From: Myxococcota bacterium
GTDB taxonomy: Bacteria; Myxococcota_A; UBA796; UBA2385
Direction: 5' to 3'
Assembly: GCA_044344255.1 (NCBI GenBank)
Contig: JBIJDH010000009.1
Location: forward strand, 96,001 to 160,000
DNA length: 64,000 bases
The notes beneath the pieces are model-generated. The model ran no database searches. It was given only the letters and a program-made list of their open reading frames with translations, and was not told the DNA's origin. Both the position numbers and the translations under genes were made by a program. Of this stretch, positions 9,356 to 19,240 are shown one piece after another (the first letter of the stretch is position 1; the number at the start of each line of letters is the position of its first letter).

Positions 9356-10981
9356 TCAAACGCTGATCGCGCCCTTGCGGAAGTCGCTGGCGCCGATCTT
9401 GACGTTGACCAGGGCCGGCTTGCCGCTGGCCAGAGCGCGCTCGATCGCAGGGCGCATCTCTTCGGGGCGCTCCACGTACTCACCGTGCCCGCCCAGGGCC
9501 TCGACGACCCGGTCGTAGCGCGTGAACTCGAGGCGGGTGGCTGGAGAGCGCTCCTCGCCGAAGAACTCGAGCTGGCCGCGGCGGATCTGGGTCCACGCGG
9601 CGTCGTTGCCCACCACGCCGATGACCGGGATGCCCTGGCGGGCCATGGCCTCGAACTCAAAGCCGTTGAGGCCGAAGGAGCCGTCTCCGTAGATGATGAA
9701 GACGGGGCTGTTCGGCCGCGCGAGCTGGGCAGCCATCGCGAAGCCAGGGCCCACGCCGAGCGTGCCGAGGGGGCCAGGGTCCATCCAGTGGCCAGGGTGG
9801 CGGACATCGACGAGCTTGGCCGCGGTGCCCACGATGTCGCCGCCGTCACAGATGACGGTGGAGTCGCCGGGGATGGCGTCTGCGAGCTCCTTGGCGAAGC
9901 GGAGCGGATTGACGGGGGAGGCGTCGGAGGCCATCTCTTCCCGCATCTTGTCGTACTGCCGCTGCTCCATCTGGCGGACCTGGTCGATCCAGCCGCTCGT
10001 CGGTCGAGAGCCGGCCTCTGCGAGCTGCTTCATGACGAGGCCGCTGTCGGCCTGGAGACCCACGTCGGCGCCGCGGTTGTGGCCGATGACGTGCGGATCG
10101 AGGTCAACCTGGATGACCTTCGCGTCGGCCTCGATGCTCTGGCCGTAGCCGAGCCGGAAGTCCCACGGGGTGCCGAAGATCACCACGACGTCGGCCTTGG
10201 CGAGGGCACCCGAACGACAGAGGCGGAAGAAGTGGCGGTCCTCCGGGGCGAGCGCGCCGCGGGCGCCGCCGTTGAGGAAGCAGGGCATGTCGTAGCGGCG
10301 GAGGAACTCGCCGAGGGCGTCGCGGTAGGGGCTGAAGAACCACTGGGTGCCCACCACGGCGACCGGGCGCTCCGCCCCTGCGAGCAAGCGGGCCGCGGCC
10401 TCGATGCCGGCCGGATCGCCGCCGGTGGCCTGGCGGGTGCGGGAGTTCTCCGGCCAGGAGATGAAGCTGTCGTCCTCCTCGGTGAGCAGCACGTCCAAGG
10501 GCAGCTCGAGGAAGACCGGCCCCGGGACGCCGGTGGTCGCCTTGCGGAAGGCCATCGCGAGGTAGTCGGGGATGCGCCGAACCTCGGGGACGGTGGCCGA
10601 CCAGCGGGTGATGCTGCGCATCAGGGTGACGTGGTCCATCTCCTGGAGGCTGCCCATCTCGCGCAGGGCGTTGGGGCCCTGGCCGCCGATCAAGACCATC
10701 GGGATGCCGCCCCGCCAGGCGTTGGCGACGGCGGTGACGGCGTCGGTGACACCGGGCCCGGCGGTGACCGCCGCGACGCCCGGCTGACCCGTGGCGCGCG
10801 CCCAGCCCTCGGCGGCGTGGCCGGCGGACTGCTCGTGTCGGGTGTCGACGACGCGGATGCCCTCATCGAGGCAACCGTCGTAGATGTGCTGGATATGGCC
10901 CCCACACAGCGTGAACAGGTGGCTTACACCCTCACGTTTCAGGGCTCGGGCCACCAGGGCGCCACCATGCTTGGAAGCCAT
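9356..10981 (-). CDS. thiamine diphosphate-dependent enzyme (acetolactate synthase-like / 2-hydroxyacyl-CoA lyase family)
   Basis: FTLCGGHI, RHEQ, TAGPG, MDPGPLGTLGVG, TPP motif GDGSFG...NDAAW; GGAGG RBS. Confidence 0.9.
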   Translation of the reverse strand: MASKHGGALVARALKREGVSHLFTLCGGHIQHIYDGCLDEGIRVVDTRHEQSAGHAAEGWARATGQPGVAAVTAGPGVTDAVTAVANAWRGGIPMVLIGGQGPNALREMGSLQEMDHVTLMRSITRWSATVPEVRRIPDYLAMAFRKATTGVPGPVFLELPLDVLLTEEDDSFISWPENSRTRQATGGDPAGIEAAARLLAGAERPVAVVGTQWFFSPYRDALGEFLRRYDMPCFLNGGARGALAPEDRHFFRLCRSGALAKADVVVIFGTPWDFRLGYGQSIEADAKVIQVDLDPHVIGHNRGADVGLQADSGLVMKQLAEAGSRPTSGWIDQVRQMEQRQYDKMREEMASDASPVNPLRFAKELADAIPGDSTVICDGGDIVGTAAKLVDVRHPGHWMDPGPLGTLGVGPGFAMAAQLARPNSPVFIIYGDGSFGLNGFEFEAMARQGIPVIGVVGNDAAWTQIRRGQLEFFGEERSPATRLEFTRYDRVVEALGGHGEYVERPEEMRPAIERALASGKPALVNVKIGASDFRKGAISV

Positions 10982-11118
10982 CTCATCCCTCCGAAAAATG
11001 TCGGCTGGACTATCCCAAGACCGGCCCACCTGCCCCCCGGAATTCGGCGGGTCGGGCGCGGGTGTGTCGAGAGGGGCACCCTGGCTGCGGAGACCCGCTG
11101 GCGCTACGCTCCTCCGGG

Positions 11119-11706
11119 ATGAGCGCCCCACCGCCGGAGCCCGCCGAGCCGCCCCCGCCCAAGGGGGGCCGGGCCCTCTTGAGCCGGCGCACGATCCTGT
11201 GGGCTGGGCTCGGCTCGGCGGCCCTCCTCGGCGCCGGGGGCCTCGCCCTGCACCTCGACCCGCCGGCCGAGGGGCTCCGCGCCCTCTCGGCGGCCGACGT
11301 CCGGGTGGTCGAGAAGCTGGCCGCGGTGCTCTTCCCCGCGGGCAAATTCCCTGTCACCGGGGGGGACGGCGGCACGGCGCCGCTCGTGGACGCCATCCTC
11401 GCTGACGCCTTCGATCCGGCGGCGGTCCGGCCCTTCCGGACCCTCCTCCGGGCCCTCGAGCTGAGCACCCAGCTCATCGAAGGCGCGCGCTTCACCGCGC
11501 TCTCCGACGCGGGGGCGCGCGCGGTCTTTCACCTCTGGTGCGCGCCCGAGCCGATGCCGCGCCGCCTCGCCAGCGACTCCCTGAAGGTGGTGGTGGGCAT
11601 GGGCTTCCTGCGGCGCCCCGAGGTCGTGGCCGCCATCGGCTGGCGGGTCGGCTGCCGGGCCGCGCCCGCGCCCCCTCCCGGGACGTCGGGAGCGGGGGTC
11701 CCATGA
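11119..11706 (+). CDS. twin-arginine-signal protein, gluconate-2-dehydrogenase subunit 3-like partner of GMC oxidoreductase
   Basis: LSRRTILW Tat-like motif, RFTALS, AAIGW end motif; ATGA coupling to the next gene. Confidence 0.65.
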   Translation: MSAPPPEPAEPPPPKGGRALLSRRTILWAGLGSAALLGAGGLALHLDPPAEGLRALSAADVRVVEKLAAVLFPAGKFPVTGGDGGTAPLVDAILADAFDPAAVRPFRTLLRALELSTQLIEGARFTALSDAGARAVFHLWCAPEPMPRRLASDSLKVVVGMGFLRRPEVVAAIGWRVGCRAAPAPPPGTSGAGVP

Positions 11707-13196
11707 AGCTGGGCTTCGAGAGCTACGCCGCCGAGCAGGTCTGGAAGGCCGATGTCGTCGTGCTCGGCGCGGGTGCGGGCGGGAGCGCGGTGGCCTGCGC
11801 CCTCGCCGAGGCCGGCCTCGATGTGCTGGTGCTGGAGGAGGGTCGGCATTGGCGGCCCGACCAGTTCCAGGCCGACTCCGCCTGGGCCTACCGCAACATC
11901 TACGCGGGCCGTGGGTCACGCAGCGCGGCCGGCAACTGCCTCATCCCCGTCCCCGGCGGCCGTGGGGTGGGCGGGAGCACGCTCATTAACAGCGCGATCT
12001 GCTTCCGCACGCCCGACCCGGTCTTGAAGGACTGGTCGGAATCCTACGGGTGCTCGCGCCTCACGCACGAACAAATGAGCCCGCTCCTCGACCGCGTCTG
12101 GCGCACCATCGGGGTGACCGTCAACCCGGTCGAGGTGCAGCGGAACAACAACCTCATCTTCAAGGCCGGCTCGGACCGCCTCGGGCTCCCTGGCCAGTGG
12201 ATAGCCCGCTCCGCCCCGACCTGCGTGGGCTGTGGGGTCTGCCAGTTCGGGTGCCCGACCGGTGGAAAGTCAACGGTAGATCGGTCATTTCTCCAGATCG
12301 CGATCGAGACGGGGCGGGTGAGGGTCCACGCCGACTGCAGGGTCGAGACGGTGGAGGTCGAGGGGAGCCAGGTCCGCCGCGTCCACGGGCTGACGATCGA
12401 TCCGAGCACCCTCGAGCCCGCCGGGCGCTTCACAGTGGAGGCCCGCCAATTCGTGCTCAGCGCGGGGCCGATCGGCTCACCTCGATTCCTCCAGAAGAAC
12501 GGCCTCGCCGAGGAGGGGATCTGCGGCGGTAACCTCCACCTGCACCCGGCGAGCGGCATGCTGGCCCGCTTCATCCAAGAGATCCGGCCCTGGCATGGCG
12601 TAACACAAGGTTACTACGTCGATCGCTGGGACCGCGGCTACCTGCTGCAGACCTTCACGACCTCCCCCGACCAGACCTACGTGGCCATGCCCTGGTCGCT
12701 CGGGGATGACCTCGTGCACATCATGCGCGATCTCATCCACATGGCGATGGCCGGCCCCCTCGTCCACGACGTGGACAGCATCGGCACCGTCGGCTGGAAG
12801 GGGATGACCTACTTCGTGGGCGAACAGGACCGCCGAACCGTGATCGCCGGGCTCCGGGAGTGCGCCCGGGTCTTCTTCTCTGCGGGGGCGACCGAGATCT
12901 ATCCGCCGGTCATCGGCGGCACGAAGATCCGCTCCGAGGCGGACATCGACAGGGTCATCCACGAGGACATCCCCGCCAGCCAGCTCTATCTGTACGCCAG
13001 CCACCCGATGGGCACCTGTCGGATGGGGGCGGATCCCAGCCGGAGCGTGGTCGATCCGGACGGCCGCGTCTGGGGCTGGGACAACCTCTACGTCTCAGAC
13101 GCCAGCGTCTTCCCCACCTCCCTCGGCGTGAACCCCCAGGTCACCACCATGGCGGTGGGGCTCACCATCGGCGCCGCGGTGGCCAGCCGGGCCTGA
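11703..13196 (+). CDS. GMC family oxidoreductase
   Basis: GAGAGG FAD motif, GRGVGGSTLINS, CxxCxxCxxGC, SHPMGTCRMG, DASVFPTSLGVNPQ. Confidence 0.92.
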   Translation: MKLGFESYAAEQVWKADVVVLGAGAGGSAVACALAEAGLDVLVLEEGRHWRPDQFQADSAWAYRNIYAGRGSRSAAGNCLIPVPGGRGVGGSTLINSAICFRTPDPVLKDWSESYGCSRLTHEQMSPLLDRVWRTIGVTVNPVEVQRNNNLIFKAGSDRLGLPGQWIARSAPTCVGCGVCQFGCPTGGKSTVDRSFLQIAIETGRVRVHADCRVETVEVEGSQVRRVHGLTIDPSTLEPAGRFTVEARQFVLSAGPIGSPRFLQKNGLAEEGICGGNLHLHPASGMLARFIQEIRPWHGVTQGYYVDRWDRGYLLQTFTTSPDQTYVAMPWSLGDDLVHIMRDLIHMAMAGPLVHDVDSIGTVGWKGMTYFVGEQDRRTVIAGLRECARVFFSAGATEIYPPVIGGTKIRSEADIDRVIHEDIPASQLYLYASHPMGTCRMGADPSRSVVDPDGRVWGWDNLYVSDASVFPTSLGVNPQVTTMAVGLTIGAAVASRA

Positions 13197-13198
13197 GC

Positions 13199-13543
13199 TC
13201 AGCCCGGCACCGCCGGCACGTCCAGGCAGAGCGCCCCGGTACCCTGAGCGAAGGTCAGCGAGATCGTACCGGCCAGATCGACATCCCCATCCGCGGGGAG
13301 GGCCGCGAGCGCCTCGGCCGCGGCGGGCGAGAGAGACAGCCCCCGAGCGGAGAGGCCGCGCGCGAAGGCCGGCCCTGCCGTGGCCGGGAGCTCGATGTGA
13401 AAGGAGGCCATCAGGTCGCCGAACAGGTGGGTGTCGAGCAGCCAGCCACCCGACTCGACGAGCACGTCCCGCACGGCCTCCAGCGCGGCGTGACGGTCTC
13501 CGCGCGCGACCAGCTCGAGCGGGGGGAGGCTTCGGGCGCTCAC
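13199..13543 (-). CDS. small hypothetical protein (ACT-like)
   Basis: GTGA-coupled to coaB; GGWLLD---F-D pattern; GC3 bias. Confidence 0.55.
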   Translation of the reverse strand: MSARSLPPLELVARGDRHAALEAVRDVLVESGGWLLDTHLFGDLMASFHIELPATAGPAFARGLSARGLSLSPAAAEALAALPADGDVDLAGTISLTFAQGTGALCLDVPAVPG

Positions 13544-14175
13544 GAAGCGAAGGCCCGCGCCCGAAGGCGGCTCACGAGGGCCTCAAGCGCATGCGTACGA
13601 TCCTCGAAGTGCTCGACGCCCCCTTCATCGGCGATCAGCAGGCGGCTGCCGAGGGCGCCGATCACGTTGCCAAAGACCAGGTCACTCGACGTGCGGAGGC
13701 GCTGGGCCGTCGCGATGCCGGCGAGGTCGAGGGCGGTGGTCTCCGGAGCGGCGGCCTTGAAGGAGACGAGGAACGTGCGCGGTGACCAGGCCTTCACCCG
13801 GTCCACGATCTTCGGCGTCGGGCGGAGTCGGAGCACGATCTCCGCCTGTCCAGACGGGATCTTGGAGGGGGTGGCCTCGACGGCGTAGTCTCCGACCGCC
13901 GCCGAATGAAGCAGCACCCCATCGGGGTGGGCGGTCACCCAGCGCTCCATCCGCTCCAACAGGTCGAGCGTGCCGCCGTACTCCTCGCGCAAGACACTCA
14001 CGGGCGCCCGCAACAGCGCCTCTGGATTGCCGAAGACCGTGATCGGACCACAGTCTGCGAGCCGGTCGGCCAGCCAGGCTGCCGTGCCGCCCCCGGCGTG
14101 AGAGGAGAGGTATCGGATGGCGTCCACCGGGTTTCGGGTGGCGCCCGCGGTGATGAGGATGGGTCGTCGGCGCAT
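13540..14175 (-). CDS. coaB: standalone phosphopantothenate-cysteine ligase (CoaB domain only)
   Basis: ILITAGATRNPVDAIRY, HSAAVGDY, KIPS, LRPTPKI, LVSFK. Confidence 0.8.
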   Translation of the reverse strand: MRRRPILITAGATRNPVDAIRYLSSHAGGGTAAWLADRLADCGPITVFGNPEALLRAPVSVLREEYGGTLDLLERMERWVTAHPDGVLLHSAAVGDYAVEATPSKIPSGQAEIVLRLRPTPKIVDRVKAWSPRTFLVSFKAAAPETTALDLAGIATAQRLRTSSDLVFGNVIGALGSRLLIADEGGVEHFEDRTHALEALVSRLRARAFAS

Positions 14176-14225
14176 GGCGCAGCGCTATCCGTGCGGAGCG
14201 GACAGGGCCCACATCGGCGCGAGGC

Positions 14226-14255
14226 TTGCCCGAACGCAGCCTGTGGAAGTAAGGT
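14226..14255 (+). promoter_or_regulatory. sigma70-type promoter, probably leaderless (punA-cdd)
   Basis: TTGCCC-N18-TAAGGT, 7 nt before ATG 14263; no SD. Confidence 0.55.
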
Positions 14256-14262
14256 GCGGTCA

Positions 14263-15141
14263 ATGCACCCACCGCCTCCGTCCACTCTTCCGTCGCCGGG
14301 CGCCCTCGCACCCGAGGCGACCGCACCCCCTCCAGCCCTCTGGTCCCTGGCCGCCGAGGCGCTCCGCCGCCGCTTCGGCCCCCCGCCAGAGGCTGCCGTC
14401 GTCCTGGGCAGCGGCATGTCCGGCCTGGCTGATCGGCTCACCGATCGGGAGGGCGACGTCCCCTACGGCGCGCTCGGCCTGCCGGCCACCGGCGTCGCCG
14501 GCCACGCGGGCACCCTGTCAGTCGGGACCCTCTCCGGTGTGCGCCTCGCGCTGCTGGCCGGTCGAGTCCACCTGTATGAGGGCCGCCCCGTCGAAGAGAG
14601 CCTCCGGCATGTCCGCGCGCTCGGCGCCTGGGGAGTCCGGCGCCTCTTGCTCACGAGCGCCGTCGGTGGGATCCGCGACGATCTCTCCCCCGGGCTGCTG
14701 GTGCGGATCACCGATCACATCAACCTCATCGGTCGCAACCCGCTGGTCGGCCCGAACGAAGCGGCGCAGGGTGAGCGCTTCTTTGACCTCACCGACGCCT
14801 ACTCCCCCCGGCTCGCCGCCGTCCTCGACGACGCAGCGAGACATGCTGGTGTAACGCTCAAGTCTGGCGTCTATGCCGCGGTGTCTGGCCCCACCTACGA
14901 GACACCAGCAGAGATCCGGATGCTCGGCCTATTGGGCGCCGATGTTGTGGGGATGTCCCTCATCCCCGAGGTGATGGCCGGCCGTCACCAGGGGATGGAG
15001 GTCGCCGCCGTGGCGGTCATCTCGAACCGCGCCGCGGGTCTCTCCGCCGAGCGACTCACGCACGAAGACGTTCAGCTCGTCGTCGGCCGGGCGGCCGACC
15101 AGATGACGCAGATCTTGAAAGAGACGGTGATCCGATGGTGA
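14263..15141 (+). CDS. punA: purine-nucleoside phosphorylase (trimeric type)
   Basis: VLGSG, GHAG, GRVHLYEG, DHIN, GPTYETPAEI, GADVVGMS, N-AAG. Confidence 0.92.
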   Translation: MHPPPPSTLPSPGALAPEATAPPPALWSLAAEALRRRFGPPPEAAVVLGSGMSGLADRLTDREGDVPYGALGLPATGVAGHAGTLSVGTLSGVRLALLAGRVHLYEGRPVEESLRHVRALGAWGVRRLLLTSAVGGIRDDLSPGLLVRITDHINLIGRNPLVGPNEAAQGERFFDLTDAYSPRLAAVLDDAARHAGVTLKSGVYAAVSGPTYETPAEIRMLGLLGADVVGMSLIPEVMAGRHQGMEVAAVAVISNRAAGLSAERLTHEDVQLVVGRAADQMTQILKETVIRW

Positions 15142-15578
15142 CTGAAGCCGATCAAGAGCTCATCGACGCCGCCATCGCGGCCCGCGAGAACGCCTTTGCT
15201 CCGTACTCCGGGTACAAGGTAGGCGCGGCCGTCCGCACGGCGAGCGGGCGTATCTTCACGGGATGTAACGTCGAGATCTCGAGCTTTTCGCACACTTGCT
15301 GCGCCGAGCGGGTGGCGGTCTTCAAGGCCGTCAGCGAGGGCGAGCGTGAGCTGATCGCCGCGGCGGTGATCACCATTGACGCCGAGCCGGGCACCCCCTG
15401 CGGAGCCTGTCGACAGGTGCTCTTCGAATTTGGCCCGAACATGGACGTCTGGCTCTCGAACCTCGACGGCGTCGTGCGGAAGCGGAACAGCCGTGAGCTC
15501 ATCCCCGACGCCTTCGGCCCGGGTTGGGTCCTGCCCCATATCCAGCGCCGTCACGGCCGCGAGGGAGAGCGAGGCTGA
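15135..15578 (+). CDS. cdd: cytidine deaminase
   Basis: APYSGYKVGAA, GCNVE, CAER, PCGACRQ, LIPDAF. Confidence 0.95.
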   Translation: MVTEADQELIDAAIAARENAFAPYSGYKVGAAVRTASGRIFTGCNVEISSFSHTCCAERVAVFKAVSEGERELIAAAVITIDAEPGTPCGACRQVLFEFGPNMDVWLSNLDGVVRKRNSRELIPDAFGPGWVLPHIQRRHGREGERG

Positions 15579-15597
15579 GCCGAGCCGGCCGCGTTGC

Positions 15598-16365
15598 TCA
15601 GCGGACAGTCCGGAGAAAGTGCTCGATCAACTCTCGCAGCGGTGCGGGGTGCGTGAGCTGCGCGCGATGGCCCCCTTGGACCGTCTCCGCGCCGGCCAGG
15701 GGGAGGTCGCGCTGGGCGTCGGCGACGGTCCAGGGGGCCTCCCGATCGAGCTGCCCGCGCAGCCAGAGCGTCGGGACGGGCGGCGGCGGGCCGAGCGCCC
15801 AGCCCCGGATCGCCCAGAGGCGGCCCCGGAGCGTGTCCCGCGAGGGGAGGTCGTCCAGCAAGGGCTCGCGCCAGACCGACGCCACCCCCTCCTCGGTCAT
15901 CCGGTGGGCGATGCGCCGCCGATAGGCCACTCGAAACACCGCCTCGGGCACCCAAGCGAGGCGCTGGGCCTGGCGCTCCACTGCCAGCGGGAGGTGGCGT
16001 CGAGCGGGGAGCGTGCCGAGCGTGACGAGCCCGGCCACCCGCTCCGGGGCCCGCTCGGCCATCGCCCGCGCGACGAGCCCGCCGAAGCTGAGCCCGAAGA
16101 CGGCGAAGCGGGGCGCCCGGATGCGGGAGAGCAGGCCCGCGGCGAGGGCGGGCAGCCCGCCGTCCGAGCTCGAAGGGAGGTCAAAGGCGAAGGTGGGGCG
16201 CCGATCTCCGAGGGCGGCGAGCGCGACGAAGCACCGGCCGTCTCCCTCGATACCGGGCAGCAAGAACAGCGGCAGGCCCGTCGCTCCGCGCAGCCCGACC
16301 TGCCAGCGCCCGGGATCGTCGGGGAGGGCGCGGAGGGCGGTGAAGGGCTCGCCGAGGACCCTCAC
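15598..16365 (-). CDS. alpha/beta hydrolase (thioesterase-like)
   Basis: LFLLPG, nucleophile elbow GLSFGG, G--D, GGH; GTG start overlaps the upstream TGA. Confidence 0.75.
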   Translation of the reverse strand: MRVLGEPFTALRALPDDPGRWQVGLRGATGLPLFLLPGIEGDGRCFVALAALGDRRPTFAFDLPSSSDGGLPALAAGLLSRIRAPRFAVFGLSFGGLVARAMAERAPERVAGLVTLGTLPARRHLPLAVERQAQRLAWVPEAVFRVAYRRRIAHRMTEEGVASVWREPLLDDLPSRDTLRGRLWAIRGWALGPPPPVPTLWLRGQLDREAPWTVADAQRDLPLAGAETVQGGHRAQLTHPAPLRELIEHFLRTVR

Positions 16366-18074
16366 GGGGAGGCCTCCGAGAGAGCGCCGGGCGCGAAGGC
16401 CCAGACCTGCACACCATCCTCGACGCTGCGGCGCTCCGCCCGGGTGCCGAGCCAGGCCTCCAGCGCGGCCACCTGCGGCGCGTCCAGCCGATCCCCGAGG
16501 AGCACGAGCCGCACAAATCCCGCCTCGCGCGCCGCGTCGGCGCGTGTCCGCTCTCGGAGGGCCGTCTCGCCGATTGGCAGGCCCGCCACCCGACTGAGCG
16601 CGACCTGCACCTCGAGATCGGCGGGGACGCCCTCCCGACCGTAGTCGAAGGCCACCGGCACCCCGGCGAGGCCGGCGATCGCCAGCGCCTCCTTCGGGCC
16701 CACAACCGGAGACCAGCACGGCGGATCGCCGCTGGGGAAGACGATCGTCGGGCCCTCGAGCTCGGCCAGGGCCGCGGGAGAGAGGGGGAAGGGGGAGCGG
16801 GGGACGCGCCCGCTCGGGATGGTGAGCAAGGTCTCCGCGACGGTGACGACCAGGAGCAGCCCGCGAAGCCAGGGGCTCCGCGCCGCGGCCAGCCCCCCGG
16901 AGATCGCGGCCAGCAGCACCCAGGCGGCGAGGAGGCGGCCACCGTTGCCCATCGAGGCCGTCAAGGGAAGGGCCTGGAGCAGGCGCCCCAACAAGGACGG
17001 AGCCTCCGGGCCGCGGTGCTCGAGGAAGCGCTGGATGAGCTCCGGGCCGGGGCCGGCGAAGTAGAAGGTGAGGGCGAGCAGGCTCCACCGCCGCGCCCCC
17101 GGCATCGTGAGGCCGGCGAGGGCGGCCACCAGGAGGGCGAGGCCGCCCGGGGCGCGGTGGAGAGCCCGGGCCAGCGCCGAGGGGGGGCCCGCGGGGCGCT
17201 CCCTCGGGTCGGTCAACCCTCCCCTTGGGCTGGGGGCGGTGAGCGGGCGGAGCGGGGCCGCGGGGCGCCCGGTGCTGGCGTCCACCAGGGGAGGGGGCTT
17301 CAGCTGGTATCCGTGGCCTTGGTATCGCGGCCCGAGCCGGCCCGACGCCCCGCCCTCCGCGGCGAAGAGGGGCAGCAGGACGAGGCCGCAGGCCAGCCCC
17401 GCCGCCGCCGCGATGCGCGCCCAGGCCGCCCAGCGACGCCGCTCGAAGGGGAGGCCGATCGCGCAGCCGAGGGCGAGGTAGACCGCGTAGTAGGGGCTCG
17501 TGGCGGCGAGGGCCCCGACGCCGAGCCCCACCCCGACGAGGCGCCGCCGATCCGGCCGCTCCCGGGCCTCGAGGAGGGCGGAGAGGGCCAGGGCGCCGAC
17601 GCCAAGGCCGGCGACCTCAAGCACGAGGTCGTGCAGGTTTCGGAGCAGGAAGGGGGAGAGCTCGACGAGGAGCCCGCCCACCGCCGCCGCCGAGGCGGGG
17701 GCCCCGAAGCGCCGAAGCAGCCGGTAAGGGCCGAGGCCGCAGAGGCCGACCAGCAGCACACAGGTGACCGACAGCGCGGCGGGCCCGCCGATGAGCAAGG
17801 CGAGCGGGGCCTCAAAGGCCTGCACCAGCGGGTCCACCGGCCAGAAGGGCGAACCCGCCGGCGCTGCGAGCAGGTCGGCCCAACCCCAGGGGGCCTCGCC
17901 GCGCATCCAGCGCCCCACCTGCGCGCTCACGAAGAGCCGCCCCCAGGCCTCACCCTGTGGCGTGCCGGGCACGCTCCAACCACCCCCGATCCCGCCGAGG
18001 ATCCAGGCGGCGAGCCCGAAGTAGGCCGCACCGACCAGCAGGTCGCCCCCGCGCGCTCGAGAGGAGGCCGTCAC
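16362..18074 (-). CDS. polytopic membrane protein (possible GT-C-type transferase)
   Basis: Multiple hydrophobic segments, N-terminal loop with DLL-AP-G, SPYY; GTGA-coupled to arcC. Confidence 0.6.
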   Translation of the reverse strand: MTASSRARGGDLLVGAAYFGLAAWILGGIGGGWSVPGTPQGEAWGRLFVSAQVGRWMRGEAPWGWADLLAAPAGSPFWPVDPLVQAFEAPLALLIGGPAALSVTCVLLVGLCGLGPYRLLRRFGAPASAAAVGGLLVELSPFLLRNLHDLVLEVAGLGVGALALSALLEARERPDRRRLVGVGLGVGALAATSPYYAVYLALGCAIGLPFERRRWAAWARIAAAAGLACGLVLLPLFAAEGGASGRLGPRYQGHGYQLKPPPLVDASTGRPAAPLRPLTAPSPRGGLTDPRERPAGPPSALARALHRAPGGLALLVAALAGLTMPGARRWSLLALTFYFAGPGPELIQRFLEHRGPEAPSLLGRLLQALPLTASMGNGGRLLAAWVLLAAISGGLAAARSPWLRGLLLVVTVAETLLTIPSGRVPRSPFPLSPAALAELEGPTIVFPSGDPPCWSPVVGPKEALAIAGLAGVPVAFDYGREGVPADLEVQVALSRVAGLPIGETALRERTRADAAREAGFVRLVLLGDRLDAPQVAALEAWLGTRAERRSVEDGVQVWAFAPGALSEASP

Positions 18075-19048
18075 GCGAGGATCCGCGTACACGGGCCTCC
18101 AGCCATCGCCCGGGCCAGGTTCTCCGGGGAGGTCACCACCACCGACCGTGCGTTCACCGATGCCGGGTCGGCGTCGACCGACGGGCGCGGGGCAGTGAGG
18201 AAGCCGATCGCGGCGTCGATCTTGGGGCCCATCGAGCCGGGGGGGAACTGGCCCTCGGCGGCCCAGCCGCGCAGCTCGGCGAGGCTCACGGTGGCCAAGG
18301 GCCGACGGGTCGGCCGCTCATAGTCGAGCCAGACCTGATCGACCCCGGTCAGCACCATCAGGGTCTCGGCGCCGATGCTCGCCGCGAGGAGCGCCGAGGT
18401 GAGGTCCTTGTCGATGACGGCCTCGACCCCCGCCAGCCCGGCGATGCTGCGAATGACCGGCACGCCGCCGCCGCCGCAGGCGATGACGATGACCCCGGCG
18501 CGCGCCAGGAGATCGATCAGGGGGGCCTCGACGATCTCCAAGGGGACCGGAGAGGCCACCACCCGCCGCCAGCCACGGTCGCTGTCCCGCTTGACCTGCC
18601 ACCCGAGCTCTCGGGCCCGCTCCCGAGCCTCCGCTTCGGTATAAAATCGGCCTACATACTTGGTCGGCTCATGAAAGGCGGGGTCGTCGGCGCAGACCAC
18701 CACCTGGGTGATGAGCGTGACGACCCGCCGAGGATCTCCTCGGCGGGCCAGGGAATTGTTGAGGGCGACCTGAAAGAGCCAGCCGATCTCTCCCTCCGTG
18801 GCGGCGACGGCGACGTCGAGCGGGGTGGGCGGGATTTGATCTTTCAACAGATCGCTGCGGAGGAGATGACGCCCCACCTGGGGGCCATTTCCGTGTGTGA
18901 GCACGAGCCCGCCAGGGGCTTGGATCTGCACCACCTGCTCCGCGACCTCCGCCACGCGGGCGGCCTGCTCTTCGACGGTGCCCACTTCGCCGGGGCGGAT
19001 GAGGGCGTTGCCCCCGAAGGCGATGACGAGCGGAGCGGGCCGGCGCAT
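18071..19048 (-). CDS. arcC: carbamate kinase
   Basis: VIAFGGNAL, THGNGPQVG, PTK-VG, RRVVASP, GGGGVPV, EAVIDKD, GSMGPKI. Confidence 0.95.
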   Translation of the reverse strand: MRRPAPLVIAFGGNALIRPGEVGTVEEQAARVAEVAEQVVQIQAPGGLVLTHGNGPQVGRHLLRSDLLKDQIPPTPLDVAVAATEGEIGWLFQVALNNSLARRGDPRRVVTLITQVVVCADDPAFHEPTKYVGRFYTEAEARERARELGWQVKRDSDRGWRRVVASPVPLEIVEAPLIDLLARAGVIVIACGGGGVPVIRSIAGLAGVEAVIDKDLTSALLAASIGAETLMVLTGVDQVWLDYERPTRRPLATVSLAELRGWAAEGQFPPGSMGPKIDAAIGFLTAPRPSVDADPASVNARSVVVTSPENLARAMAGGPCTRILA

Positions 19049-19240
19049 GGAGATCGTGTGGATGAGAGGGAGGACATGCGATAACGGGCCCCGTCTGTCA
19101 CGTCGCGGAAGCTCCCCCCGTCGCGGATCGTGGGTGACAGCTGCGATGACCACGGAGCCCTGTGCGCCTGCCCACCAGCGCGCCGCCGAGCCCAGCATCA
19201 TCGCAGTACGCGGGCGCGGACGATGGGGTAAGGTGGCGCG

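Noticed and set aside
9356..10981. Calling the TPP enzyme ilvB
   Set aside because: No ilvN or ilvC nearby, and the motifs (GGHI, MDPGPLGTLG) fit the lyase-like subfamily better.
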